Made by a program: the position numbers and the translations under genes | The notes under the pieces: generated by a model | What the model saw: the letters and a program-made list of their open reading frames with translations, nothing else | What the model was told of the DNA's origin: nothing | The model's database searches: none | IMG/VR virus record: IMGVR_UViG_3300020154_000003 | Location: 124,001-188,000 of that record | Strand: one strand, 5' to 3' | Length of the DNA stretch: 64,000 nucleotides | Shown: positions 29,376-41,259 of the stretch, piece after piece | Numbering within the stretch: the stretch's first letter is position 1 | Layout of the letters: each line of letters begins with the position of its first letter

Positions 29376-30121
29376 ACTTCTTCTTTGGCTTGATGATATT
29401 CTTCTTCTGCCTTATCAGCAGTGATCGACCAGTACATGATTTCCTTCTGATTGATCTCACTCTCGTAAGGTGAAATCCAACAATAAACAGGATTACCACG
29501 TTGAACCCTTCTGTTAAGTCCGTGAGGATCGTCAATTCGATCAAGCTTCAATGCTTCAATCAAATCTTCAGCATCCCTGTATTTGGCTTGCTTAAAGGTT
29601 GAACCGTTGTAAACGTAGATCATCGATTCAGACAGTTATCTTATCAAAAAGAAATTTAAACGTTTCGATTTTGGATTGAACTGAAGCGAAAATGGTTTGA
29701 TGAACCTCAACAGGTAATTCACCATCCATGCGAAGTAATTCAATTCTCTTTCCCTTGGCTGGTTTGAAGTAGATAGGTCTGTCACCCATCCACCTATCAG
29801 GCATAATTAATTTTCCCATAGTTTTATTCTTTGAAATTGAATGGTAATTGATCTCCACGCTTCAACCTCTGAAGCACGTCCTCCCAACAGTAAGCCATAT
29901 TAGCCATAGCTGCCAGCTTCTTGGCAATCTCTGTTAACTTCTCTTCTCTGGTAGGAGGTTCAAACTCCTTAAGAACAACCCCTTGCTGTTCAGCAATCTT
30001 CAACATTTCATCGATACCCGTTTGACAAGCATACATCCAGATGTCGTAATGTAAAAAATTATCGGATGTAACACTCATGTAAAGGTGTCTCGCAAGTTTC
30101 TTTGAATCTATTTTTTCCATA

Positions 30122-30523
30122 TTATTTAAATCTTGCTTTAATCAACTCACTGGCAAGCTTACCATCGTAACGACCACCGTACTCTGCCTTCAGCACGGCC
30201 ATGATCTTGCCCATATCCTTAATGGAATTACAACCCTCATCGTCACCGATCTGAGCAATCAACATCTTAAGCTGATCCTCAGTAAGCATCGCAGGCAAGT
30301 ACGAATAAATGATCTCTGCTTCAACAGGATTCGCACTTGCAGGGTTCGTGGCATTCTCCAACATCTTTTTCAAAATGGCAGAAGCCTTCGCATCGTCAAC
30401 CTCCTTACCAACACGGTTAAACTCTCCGATGATAACCCGAAGCAACGACTTCTTAGTCTCATCCTTTGCAAGCATCGCCTGCTTTAAATCCTGTGTGATC
30501 TTCTCCTGTATAGTCATAATCAT
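30122..30523 (-). CDS. GatB/YqeY domain protein
   Basis: I.QDLKQAM.AKDE....LR...YLP.ML.EDQL...KDMGKIM..LK....G..DGK. Confidence 0.85.
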   Translation of the reverse strand: MIMTIQEKITQDLKQAMLAKDETKKSLLRVIIGEFNRVGKEVDDAKASAILKKMLENATNPASANPVEAEIIYSYLPAMLTEDQLKMLIAQIGDDEGCNSIKDMGKIMAVLKAEYGGRYDGKLASELIKARFK

Positions 30524-32487
30524 TTCATTTCAGTGTACTTAAAAGAAATCAATGCAAGTAAAGCACCACGCTTAAACCAAAACTTACTGTGCTTTGTAGG
30601 TGCATAGGTACGCTTTACTTTAGCATTCATTTCCATAGTCGATAGTACTGGCCGCAAAGCAAACAAGTGTCAAGCGGCTTCGTTTATATTTTTTTATAAA
30701 TTTTTTCAAAAACCCGCTTCTCAATACTCATAAAGAATATCTCCCTGCGTACAACCAGTACCAGATTAGATAATATTCGTTTAACCGTTTTCATTTTCTG
30801 TGGTGTTTATTTGCCTTACAAAATCCATAGCCTTCTTCGTTTCCTCCACAATGTACTTCTCACTCACTGGCCCTATGGTTATACTCATGCCCGGACGCAA
30901 TAAAGGTGCCTCGATCTTAATTATATATGGGGTATTCTTAACTGTCTTTGCCATGTTTTTATTTATTCAATTCAATCTCCTGTTTTTCAAGCAAACCCAA
31001 ACCCCTCATAAAATCCTGCTTCGCTTCATCAAAATATCTGGTGGCAGATTCACCATACTCATACCCAAGCAATGTACAAAGGTATCTGGCTGCATCCACA
31101 CTGTTACCCTCAAGTTCAATGTCCCCACCCGAACTATCCTTAAACACCAAGCTGAAATATACCAACTTGTCGTTCGCCTTGTCATCATCCTCATTCACAG
31201 GATGACCAACCTGAATGGCACATTCCCTCCTAAAGAAATTCAACACATCCCTCTTATAATACTCCGCTTTCAAATATTTCATATCCAGTACCTTTGTTTA
31301 TTTTCTAAACTTCCAACTATCATTTATGCCAGACCAATTACTGGCCCGCGATAACTCCATCTGATTTCCAATCTCACGCGACTCGTAATAAAACTGAACG
31401 TCCCTGCGATCCTGAGCACTCAAACTCGCCAGTACCTTCTTCGCTCTGGCAATACGCTCTTCATTCTCACGCTTCATGCGTTCACGCCATTGCTCAACCG
31501 TCTCTTCCATATCCAGTACTGGTTTATTTTATCGTTTTCTTCTGTCAGACCAACCTTCAAATGTCCAAACAGGTAAGGACGTATCCTTCTCAGGTAAAGC
31601 CAGTACCCGTTCCAAATCACTCTGACCGTCCGACCTTTTCTCTAACTGGCTTTCAGCCAAATATCCCCAAATGTGACCTGTCTTTTCTTCCATCACAAAA
31701 GGTACATACCAGCCCCTGTGGTCACCGTCCAGACATGCGTTGCACATTACTCGCTCCTGTCTGAAGAACTCGCCATACGGCCTGTATAAGCGAACCTGCG
31801 TGTCCTTGCAACCGTGACAGATATATTTTGCCATATCAAGTACTGGTTTAAGCTTTGTATCTGCAAACTTCCTGCGAAGTAAGAACCTTATTCAAAAGCT
31901 TCTCCTTCAATTCCATAAGATTCATACGCTCCTTGCGCAATGCATCTTCATCTGCCTGCAACTCTTCCAGCTTTTTCCAAACGTGCTTGTTTGTTGCTAT
32001 GGTGAAAACACCAGCACCTCCAAAGACCACAAGAAACCCTGCAACAACAAGCGCAGGCAAAATAAAGCCCCAATTCAAGGATACAAAGTCGATTGGCTTC
32101 TGTGACCAAATACTGATCGCCACAACAGCTATAAACATGGTGGCGATAATAGACATCGTGGCACAAATTTTATAAAGCGTTCTCATTTTTATTATTTATT
32201 TAACAGTAATTGAAACCTTTCTCCAATCTGTCTCAGTGACAGAACATGACCAGTTGGCATCTTCTATGATATTGCTCCCGATCATGTCGCAAAGAAATAG
32301 GTACACAATGGGCCTATCAGAATAATCTGCCAGATAATTCTCCAACCCTCCAGTTTCCCTGTCAAAAGCTTCCTTGAGACCATTCTCTCTGGCCAATTCA
32401 ACAATGGTAGTGTAAACCTTGGGCTTTAATGTGACCTTTTTCATTTTGTTGCGTTTATTCTATTATACGCAGAAAAATGTATATTGT

Positions 32488-33579
32488 TTAGGATTTTGTA
32501 ACCGTAAGGGTAACCTTATGGGATTGCATCACATTGAACTCACGCTCAATTACTTTGTACCTTTTTTCACCAACGTTGATCACATCACCCTTGTTTGGTA
32601 CAACATCAGCAATATATTCAACGATGGGAGAATCACTACTGCTATCCAAATAACCCCTTACCGTGATGTTGAACATCCCCGGTCTACGAGCCTTGAAATC
32701 CATATCCTCCTTGGTGATGAAATTAACTTTCTCACGATTCAAATGGCTGGATGGCATCTCATGATTGATCACAGGTTGATCAGTACCAATACGCCCAATC
32801 TTGCTCCTGTATTCAGGAGAAGTATACGCTTTGACAGCTTGGTCAGCATCCAGACAATTCACGCCCGGAATAGGTTTCATATCGTAAGACACCTTCCTTG
32901 AAACCTGTAAATCAACCCCCGAATCAGGATGGAATTCACCATACAGGGAATTCTTCTCAGATTTTAATCCAGTACCATCCGCTTTTTGAGGAATTTCCAC
33001 GATCTCGATCTTGGGTGTGGAACGCAAGAAGTTAGCAACCTCCTTGGAGAATTCCGGGGTACGCTCAGGTTCCTTGTAAACAAGTTCCTGAAACTTAAGA
33101 CTCTGCAGCGAACTGTGCAAAATGTGGGTCAGTACCTGAAGACCAGTACCTGCCTTCCCAACAATGGCAACTTGGAATTTGTCATCGACCTTTTTCATGG
33201 TTGAAATTATTTCGGGTAAAAGATGATTATTATAATAGTTTTCAGCACCCTCTAACGCATCATGAATGGTTGCGTACTTGTGCTGGACTGTGGTAGCCCC
33301 GTTAAGGTGAGATTCGCTTTTGGGATGCGTGATCTGATAGCCCCACATCGGATTGCCAGTACTAGTAGAAAAATCCTCATAGATCACAGAAACCAGATGG
33401 TCATCCAAAAACCCGACTTTAGCATAATCAGGTACTGGCCTGAATACAGCCTTGGCATTGCGATAATTCCTTTCAGCTTCCTGCCTTGCTTCGGTTATGC
33501 TGGTTCCATATTGGATTCTGACCTTATTATTCATCTTGTTTTGTTTGTAATCGTGATAATGTTTCTGCGTGTAAGGCAT
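32488..33579 (-). CDS. hypothetical protein
   Basis: 363-aa ORF downstream of an AAC-N16-CGTATA motif (~33605-33630). Confidence 0.7.
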   Translation of the reverse strand: MPYTQKHYHDYKQNKMNNKVRIQYGTSITEARQEAERNYRNAKAVFRPVPDYAKVGFLDDHLVSVIYEDFSTSTGNPMWGYQITHPKSESHLNGATTVQHKYATIHDALEGAENYYNNHLLPEIISTMKKVDDKFQVAIVGKAGTGLQVLTHILHSSLQSLKFQELVYKEPERTPEFSKEVANFLRSTPKIEIVEIPQKADGTGLKSEKNSLYGEFHPDSGVDLQVSRKVSYDMKPIPGVNCLDADQAVKAYTSPEYRSKIGRIGTDQPVINHEMPSSHLNREKVNFITKEDMDFKARRPGMFNITVRGYLDSSSDSPIVEYIADVVPNKGDVINVGEKRYKVIEREFNVMQSHKVTLTVTKS

Positions 33580-34136
33580 ATGATTGATCTGGTACTGGTT
33601 AAATTATACGTAAATATCGTTAAATTGTTTCCAGTACCTATTTAATTTCGATTTTATTGAATAGATCAAGATACTGTAGTCTATTGATTCCGTAGAGTTT
33701 CACTTTTGTCCACATCCATTGAATATTCATAAATTCCTTTTCATTCCAATGGGTGTTCCAAGTAGGCACTTCGCTAAACTCAAATCCCTCAATCAGATAG
33801 ATTTTACCCCTTTGCAGGTCTTTAGGGGTCTTATATTGCTTATCCTCATCGGTATCATCATCAACACATATGATTCGATCTCCCACAGCCAGACCGAATT
33901 TCTCCAATAACTGCTTTTCTTCTTTTCTCGTCAATTTAGTCATCTTCTCCATTGTTTAGGTTGGTTAAGTAGAACATTCATTTTTACCAAATTCAAAAAA
34001 TTTCCCGGAAAAATTTTAGGGCTTTTTTCTAAACCTAAAAAAATTTCCCCAAAAAAAATTATAAAATTTTATAAAAGGAAGAGGTCGATTTTCTAGGGAG
34101 GAAAATATTTATTCATGTAGGGCCGACAGCCCTATA

Positions 34137-34221
34137 GAGGGGGCGGGGGAGGGAGGGGAGACCAAGGGGGGGATACGGGGGCCACAGTGGGAGGGTAGTC
34201 CCAAGGTGGGAAGGGTGTCCC
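34137..34221 (+). other. G-tract cluster with G-quadruplex potential
   Basis: Ten runs of 3-7 G within about 80 nt of an AT-rich genome, preceded by A/T tracts. Confidence 0.6.
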
Positions 34222-34277
34222 ATAATGAGAAAGCCCCACCGTATTGGTGAGGCTTAATTCAGATGGGCTTTCTTAAT

Positions 34278-34562
34278 TTACTTTACCATTGCTTTGAGTT
34301 CAGCCTTAACTCTTTTTGCAACCTCCCCGCGCCAAGTGCTGGCATTGCTAAGGAAGTAGAGCACGATACTTTTTGCGTCATCCGCACCATACATATCGTT
34401 CACTGAGTTGAGCGTTCCCATTGCTTGCAGATAAGGAACAGCACCAAAGTTAACGTTTTTCCAGTCACTGCGGATTTCGCGGGCGATTTCAGATAGACTT
34501 CTTTTGCGAGTCAAATCTTTGTTCAGAAGAGTTCCGTTTGTTGTCATGATGATAAGTGCCAT
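34278..34562 (-). CDS. conserved phage hypothetical protein
   Basis: RSLSEIAREIRSDW...PYL.AM...YFLSNASTWRG. Confidence 0.7.
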   Translation of the reverse strand: MALIIMTTNGTLLNKDLTRKRSLSEIAREIRSDWKNVNFGAVPYLQAMGTLNSVNDMYGADDAKSIVLYFLSNASTWRGEVAKRVKAELKAMVK

Positions 34563-34970
34563 TTTGTTTCGTTGTTTATACTAAGTTAAACGGGAATTCT
34601 TAATTAAGGTTACAGTATATCCGCTTTTTCTTTGTAGCATTTTTCAGCATACTGAATTGCCTCAAAGTCATCGTTGGCCACAACCAGCCCATGAGTTTCC
34701 CCGAAACTTGTTAGCCAAAAGTATAAGGTTGCCTTTACCTTTCCAACCAGACAAGGGTAAATTCCTGCTTCAGTTGGCACAGGTTCAGCGATACTGAAAA
34801 TATCGTATCCGTTTTCACTCTCCAATTTGCCGTGCAGGTAAGTGAAAGGAATGCGTTTGGAAGGGAAGTCGAAACGTTGCTTTCCTAAAACTGATTCGGG
34901 GTTGATCCTAAGTGTTTCCATATCTCATTAAACGTCAAATAGTTAATTAAGGTTACACAAAAGTAATAAA

Positions 34971-34993
34971 AAAAAGGGACTTTTTTAAGTCCC
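34971..34993 (-). terminator. intrinsic terminator; GGGAC/GTCCC family also near 38363, 38825, 39171 and 40581
   Basis: Hairpin adjacent to an A run on the + strand (U tail on the - strand). Confidence 0.7.
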
Positions 34994-34999
34994 GTATTT

Positions 35000-35884
35000 T
35001 TATGCTGCTTCAACCGTTTCGGTTTCTTTGGTCAACTTTTTGTCGAACAGTTGCAGGATGTTCGCATAGATTTTATTGTCGGCTTCCATGCGTAACTTTT
35101 GCGAAAGGTCTGCTTCACAATTTTCCAAGATAAAGTTCATGGAATTGTAAAGTATCCAAAGGTTCAAGTCACATTCAAACACGTCCATTTCATACTCAAT
35201 CCGTTGAATCGTTTCGTCAATCGACTTGAGCGGGAAGTGAGTTCCTTTGACAAGGTTGCGAATTAATTTTTCAATTTTCGCAGACGTTGGCTTTTCAATG
35301 GTCACGGCTTTCATAAGGTTGATCTGATTTTCAACCGTCTCAAAATTCGTGATATAGTTATCAATGTGGGTTGAAACCTCTTCCATTGAATAAATCGCTG
35401 AGTTGCTATGTTTGAATTCATACACGAAAGAAAGACCTTTCAGGTACGTTGAGAACGTTACAGATACACGTCCCTTTTCGTCAACCATATAGCGAACCAG
35501 CCCACCGATTGCTTGTGCTTTGATTTTTCCATCGTAAGAATTCACGAAAGAAACGGCAGGCAGAATGATTTCAGATTTCGGGCTGACAGTCGGGATAGTC
35601 GGAGTAACGTTCACGAAAAATTGTGCATCTTTCGTTGACTTTACGCGAGTCTCAAAACCTTTGAATTTCTTTTCCAGTACTGGCATAAGAGGTTCGAGCA
35701 CGGCACTGTTTTCAACCAGCTTGTAAACGTCTGAACAAAAGTTCAGGGCTTTTTTACGTTTACCGATACGACCAACAATGGCGTAAGCGTTTTCGCTATT
35801 CACTTCCATTGTCGCATCTTTGAAGAGTTCCACAGTCGCCTCTTTTGTGACAGGGAAACAGATAGCTTTAATTTCGGGATGCAT
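35000..35884 (-). CDS. DUF932-like protein
   Basis: CSDVYKLVEN...NSYDG...F.H...NLW.LYN. Confidence 0.6.
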   Translation of the reverse strand: MHPEIKAICFPVTKEATVELFKDATMEVNSENAYAIVGRIGKRKKALNFCSDVYKLVENSAVLEPLMPVLEKKFKGFETRVKSTKDAQFFVNVTPTIPTVSPKSEIILPAVSFVNSYDGKIKAQAIGGLVRYMVDEKGRVSVTFSTYLKGLSFVYEFKHSNSAIYSMEEVSTHIDNYITNFETVENQINLMKAVTIEKPTSAKIEKLIRNLVKGTHFPLKSIDETIQRIEYEMDVFECDLNLWILYNSMNFILENCEADLSQKLRMEADNKIYANILQLFDKKLTKETETVEAA

Positions 35885-36471
35885 ATTTTTGGTTGTTTGT
35901 TATATCCTATTATACGTACTTAATTCAGAAAGGTTGCCTTAATTTAGAATATTTTTCTTAATTCCCTGCTAGGTACTGGCACGTATCCGGTGAATTCATA
36001 AACCTCCACTATCCTGCCAGCCGTATTGTATTTGACAAATAGCGACCTGTTTTGAGTGTATTCCCTTTTAATGAGTTCAAACACTTTTACGACTGCTAAT
36101 TGAGCACGGACTAAAGTATAGTCGGGATTGCCTAAAATATCGTTGACAGTTTTCATATTAGAATACATAACAGTTCAGTTCATACTTTACTTTCATGCCA
36201 TAGACTTGAACGGCAAGGGCTTTCTTTGACTCTTTGCCATCTTTCAGAAGGGCAATTATATAGCGATTAGTTATTCCCTCAGAAGGTCTTTTTGGCCCTA
36301 CTGTGACCTTATTAAACCAGTCCGTTTCGTCAATGGTGAAACCTTTGGAGGTTGCAACGCGAACGGCCTCTGCCATTGCTGAGGTAAAAGAGTCGTGATA
36401 TAGTTGAAAGTTCATGTGAGTATTAACGTAGTTAATTAAGAAAGGTTGCACTAAATTAAGAAAAAAGCCCG

Positions 36472-36798
36472 TTAATTTACGGGCTGTTCATTTGCAATGC
36501 GAGTCAATTGCTTTGCGTATTTCATGATTTTCTTTTTGGCCATTGCCAGTTGCTTTGCAGTCATGAAACCCTTTTCAATATACCACTTTGCAAATTTAGT
36601 CATGATAAACGCATCCGTACCGTTGAAACCTACTCCATTGTTGTGAGCAGTCGAATCGGAATTCTTTTCGTCTTCCGTTTGACGTTCATAGATTTTCACT
36701 ACCGAACGCATAACAAATTTGTCATCGTTTTCGAGCAGCAATTTGATTTGTTCAACTTGCCAGACTCTTTTTTTGGTTGCTATGATCGTTGTTTCCAT
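36472..36798 (-). CDS. conserved phage hypothetical protein
   Basis: IYERQTEDEK...HNNGVGF..D...KYAKQL. Confidence 0.7.
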   Translation of the reverse strand: METTIIATKKRVWQVEQIKLLLENDDKFVMRSVVKIYERQTEDEKNSDSTAHNNGVGFNGTDAFIMTKFAKWYIEKGFMTAKQLAMAKKKIMKYAKQLTRIANEQPVN

Positions 36799-37311
36799 AC
36801 TGAGTTAAACGGACTTAATTAAGAAAGGTTGCGTTAATTAAGAAATATTTTTCCAGTACTGGTAAAAAAAATAAAAAGTAGGTTGGAGTACACTCTCTCG
36901 AAAACATTGACGTTTTCCACCCATCTTAACATATTGCAGGTTCGATAAGTATATTAACGGCAATACTTAATTAAGGTTGCGTAAAAGCTAAATTATTTTC
37001 GAATTATTTTGGAGGTCTGACAGACCAGTTCAGTTCCCCGTTGTGGATGTAGTAACCAAACTGTTTAAATTTATCCGGGCTGTTCAGTGTAACCCTGATA
37101 ATAAAATCATGTTTCTCCTTTTCGCTCCATTGTTGTGGCATTGTTTGGCTTTCCCTATGTTCCGGGAAGTCGCACCAAAGATTTACAAGGGTATGCATAA
37201 AATGGTCAGTGCTTACCACAAAGTTTGCAAAAGTTAAAATGTGTGCTTTCATATACTGAGTTAAACGGGTAAACTTAATTAAGGTTACATAAAAAGAAAA
37301 AAATCCCTGAT

Positions 37312-38181
37312 TTATTCAGGGACTGACATATAAACGTCTTCCATTATACTATGAGTGTAACCACGTCTAAGGGTATAATTTGGTACTTCATTCTTACCGA
37401 TTAGCACGGCTTTCCAAGTGATATTCCCCTCTGAATCTTTGTAAAGTTTCACGTCCATACCGTCAAAATAATTTGCAAGTTCTTGAGCGGGATTGTTAGT
37501 ACAAAACTCTTCAAAGAATGCGTAAAAGTCACAAAGGGTATTTCTGTTTTCCAAAGTATCGGGAATCATTTTTGCAGCCATACGGTAACCGTATCTATGG
37601 AGGTCAGCAATTTTGCGGAAACTCACAGACTTTTTATAATCTTCCCCGTATTGTCTTTCATCTTCATAGTTAGTATCGGGTGAAAATTGTTTCACCTTAT
37701 TCCAGTACTCAGATATTTGATCTTCCAAGTCATAGTCATTTGTCGGACGTTGTTTCGGTACGTTGCTTTCCAGCGTTGAACCAAACTGAGTATTCCCGCA
37801 TTCAATAGATTCTTGAATCATGTCTTGAGTCGTTAACCTCATTAGTTCAGCATTTGAATAGCGATAGTTACGACCTTGCAGCCTATTCCATACTCCGAGC
37901 GTATTGATATAATACCACATTGCGCCCATTGCAGCCATTTCGCCCCCTACATTCATTGCATAGTCCCCGCGAAAGTATTTGTTTGAATATTCATGACTAT
38001 GTTCAAACACGTCATGAAAAATTCCAGTACCACCCCAAAATGCATTGAATGACGAACCTGAATGGTTATTGTCATAGGTATCTTTGTGCGCTAAACCATA
38101 TTCACCAGTTGCATCGTCACAAAAGAACGTCAATTCGACTTTTTTAACTAACCGTTTCATATTCTTTGTTGTTGTGTTCAT
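37312..38181 (-). CDS. hypothetical protein, possible HD/HExxH-like metal site
   Basis: FHDVFEH...GGEMAAMGA. Confidence 0.7.
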   Translation of the reverse strand: MNTTTKNMKRLVKKVELTFFCDDATGEYGLAHKDTYDNNHSGSSFNAFWGGTGIFHDVFEHSHEYSNKYFRGDYAMNVGGEMAAMGAMWYYINTLGVWNRLQGRNYRYSNAELMRLTTQDMIQESIECGNTQFGSTLESNVPKQRPTNDYDLEDQISEYWNKVKQFSPDTNYEDERQYGEDYKKSVSFRKIADLHRYGYRMAAKMIPDTLENRNTLCDFYAFFEEFCTNNPAQELANYFDGMDVKLYKDSEGNITWKAVLIGKNEVPNYTLRRGYTHSIMEDVYMSVPE

Positions 38182-39188
38182 GAGTATATTAACGGACTTA
38201 ATTAAGAAAGGTTGCCTTAATTAAGATTTTTTTTGAATTATTTCACCAGTACTGGTAAAAAAAAGAGGGCGTGTTGGAGTATACTCGGTGCCGTTTTTAA
38301 GAAACGTTACAAGTATATTAACGGGCAAACCTTAATTAAGGTTACACAAAAGATGAAAAAAAGAGGGACTTTTTTTGTCCCTCCCTTTCGTGTTAACTGA
38401 TTGCACTTTCCGGGCATCCCTCTGCTTTCATTGCCATTTCCTTGGCAGCTTTCAGGGATTGAGCGGTGACCTTTAAAACCTTTGTCCCGTTGTCATGTTT
38501 CAATCTGAGTGCAAAGGTTGTCATTCTTAAGTGTCGAGGCAATTTCATGCGTTTTGTGGGTTACGTAAAAGATTCATTTCGATAACTTTTTCACGGCATT
38601 GTCTACAGCTAGGCAAACTTAATGCCTGCCCCATAAATGTGGGAACCAGATTCAAACTACCTTTACCACCGTTCCATAGTCCTTTCCCGCAAAGGGTAGA
38701 GCCGTGCTGGAATTGTGTCAATCCTTCCCGACTTGCGGGCATGTGAGTAAGATCGTTTAAGTTCGTTGTCATATGTATACTAACGGGCATCCTTAATTAA
38801 GGTTACACAAAAAGGATAAAAAAAAGGGACTTTTTTTCAAGTCCCCTAATTTTCAGGCTGTTAGCAGATGTGCCACTTTGAACTTTGTCACCGTGTCGTT
38901 GAAGTCGTCAGCGAGGTTGTTTTCCTCATAGGTACGTTTCAGTTCTGCCAGTACCTTGAGATTCGATGCACCTTTGGGCAGTCCCACCAGTCTCTTAAAT
39001 TGAGCCTTTACAGGGGCAGCATTTCTGGCGATAGGCATTCCGAATTTAATTTCGGTAATGATCGACATAAGGAGGACTTTTAGAGTGAATGAATTCATAT
39101 TGTTTTTTGTTTTGTTATATGAGTTATAACGGCATTCCTTAATTAAGGTTACACAAAACGAGAAAAAAAAGGGACTTTTTTCAGTCCC

Positions 39189-39551
39189 TTAAATTTTGAT
39201 CGCTTTGTTGGTTACATGTGGCTTATTCCATTTCCCTATGTGGATGTTATAGTAATAATTCGGGATATTACCATAGTCGCCATCGGTTGAAACCGTTCTG
39301 CTTTTTGCGCTGATTATTTCAGCGATTGACAAAAGGAATTCAAGATAAGGCTTTCCCGCATGATGTTCTTTTATGTACATCGGGATAGGATTGAGTTGCA
39401 TGTAATTTTCGGGAAACTCAAAAGGGCTTTCCATTACCGCGACCTCAATGGTCGAAAGGTGTTGGCGTGTTATGCTAAATTTCACATTCGGATATTTAGC
39501 TTTGATCTTTGCCCTCATTTCCTGAACGGTCTCGGTTGTGATATAACTCAT
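39189..39551 (-). CDS. LPD29-like protein
   Basis: R.KIK.KYP.VKFSI...H...YY.NIHIGKWNKP. Confidence 0.55.
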   Translation of the reverse strand: MSYITTETVQEMRAKIKAKYPNVKFSITRQHLSTIEVAVMESPFEFPENYMQLNPIPMYIKEHHAGKPYLEFLLSIAEIISAKSRTVSTDGDYGNIPNYYYNIHIGKWNKPHVTNKAIKI

Positions 39552-39729
39552 AACTTTAACGGTTATAAAGTGAAAGTAAGTAAAAACTGGTTAACACCAA
39601 AAAAACGAAGATGTTTATTATTATGCGTTTCATGAGTATATTAACGGGCAAACGTTAATTAAGGTTACAAAAAAAAATATTTTATTTTTTCGTGAATAAT
39701 GTAACCTTTGTGAATAGTTCACGTTAATA

Positions 39730-39813
39730 TACATACGAACGCTGACAAGCTAGTAGGAGAGCCGAAAAGAAGGAAAAGGAGAGAACGGTTTCTGCAGCCA
39801 TCCGTTCTTTTTT
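39730..39813 (+). ncRNA. candidate small RNA copy 1
   Basis: Promoter at 39701-39727, no ORF, terminal hairpin GAACGG/CCGTTC plus T run. Confidence 0.55.
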
Positions 39814-41091
39814 AAAAAAAAGAGAAACAAAAAAAGGGGATTATTCTCCCCTTGCTTCTTTGTCAAGTTGTTCTTTCAGGTCTTGTTCGTGCTGTTTTTC
39901 AGCCTCGATGTCCAAAAGTTCCTCAACTTGCTGCTCGATAATAAAATCCGGGATTTCGTCTTCCATTGCTTTTTATTTAAGTTGTGGGTATCTCCATAGA
40001 GTATCTTTCACCGTGCGGTTGTTAACTATGACTTTCGTTTCATCCATGATGCAGGAAAGTTCACAGTTCCCGAAGTAGGATGTTTGAGCGTTTTTCTTTG
40101 CTTGTTTCAAAGAATTGCCCCAACCTTCCCGGACTGAATAACCTGATTGTTTCAGGCCATTTTTTTCGCAAAGTACCCTTTCCATTGCATCAGCTAAAAA
40201 GAATTCGACCAATAGAAAGTAGCAGGCGTTTCGTGTTGTTGTGTGTCTCATGAGTATATTAACGGGGATTGTTAATTAAGGTTGCGTGAAAAGAAAAAAT
40301 ATTTTTTGTAACCTTTGTTGCATTGTTCCCGTTAACAATGCCAAACAACGAAAAACTATGAAATTTTATGGCTATGTTCCCACAAAAGAGGGGAAAGAAC
40401 CTTTAGGGACTGAAGGGCGCACAATGTTTGAACTTGAAACAGTTCCGGGCGCAATTCGAAAGATGAGACGGTATGCCAGTACTGTGAATTCTCCTAAACT
40501 TTCCGCTCCATCATTTAAGCTATTCAGCTATTCTAATTTTTACGATCAATCAACTTTTACTGAAATTATTTAAAAGGAAAGGGACTATTTTTTAGTCCTT
40601 TTTAGTCCCTTTTTTTGCCTTTACCCTTGCGTAATTTCCGCTACTCTTATAGTATGTTCCCACATACGTTAGGCCATTCACTGCCTTTATTGTGACTGCC
40701 TGTCGCTTGTCACCAAAGTTTGATCGCCATTCCCTGCCAAGTACCACTACTCCTAATTTGTCGCCTGTCCAAGTTGTGGCGTATGTCATCGGAGTTCCTT
40801 CAGTGATATACAGGAAATAATTCTCAGGCTTATCGTGCATGAATTCGTAGCACTCAACCAGACTGCGAAGATCGTTTGTAACAATGTCCGCATGAGGGAA
40901 TGTCGCACAGATTTCAGCAGGGATGCCATTGGTCTTGTGCAATGTACGGTACTCTAAAGATGCTGCATCGTATTCAGCGATTTTCATCTTGTAGATTGCG
41001 TAATGTTCAGCGTTCATATCGTGTTTGTTTTGTTGTTAAGTATATTAACGGACAATGTACGTAAAGGTTACATAAAATGTTATATTATTTT

Positions 41092-41196
41092 AGGACAATG
41101 TTCACCGTGCCAGTACTGGTATAGGACAATGTACGTGCTGGTTAATTAAGGATAGGACAATGTACGCTGGCAGGGCATGAGGGAAGGACAATGTAC
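41092..41196 (+). repeat. four AGGACAATGT(A/T)C repeats at an exact 31-bp period
   Basis: GG starts at 41093, 41124, 41155 and 41186; a fifth copy at 41050. Confidence 0.85.
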
Positions 41197-41259
41197 ATAA
41201 AATAAAAAAAGGGGGTTAACAACTCCCCCTTTTGAACACAAAACAACAAAACAACAATG

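Noticed and set aside
38284-38293. GGCACCGAGT match to a tracrRNA 3' hairpin (minus strand)
   Set aside because: Only 10 nt, lacking the pairing half; likely chance.
39757-39792. Group II intron domain V (GAGCCG...ACGGTT)
   Set aside because: The inner region is unpaired purines with no GNRA hairpin, the pattern is not kept in copy 2, and there is no RT or other intron domain.
41092-41196. CRISPR mini-array
   Set aside because: The repeat (12 nt) and spacers (19 nt) are too short, the spacers contain recurrent self motifs, and I recognised no cas genes in the window.
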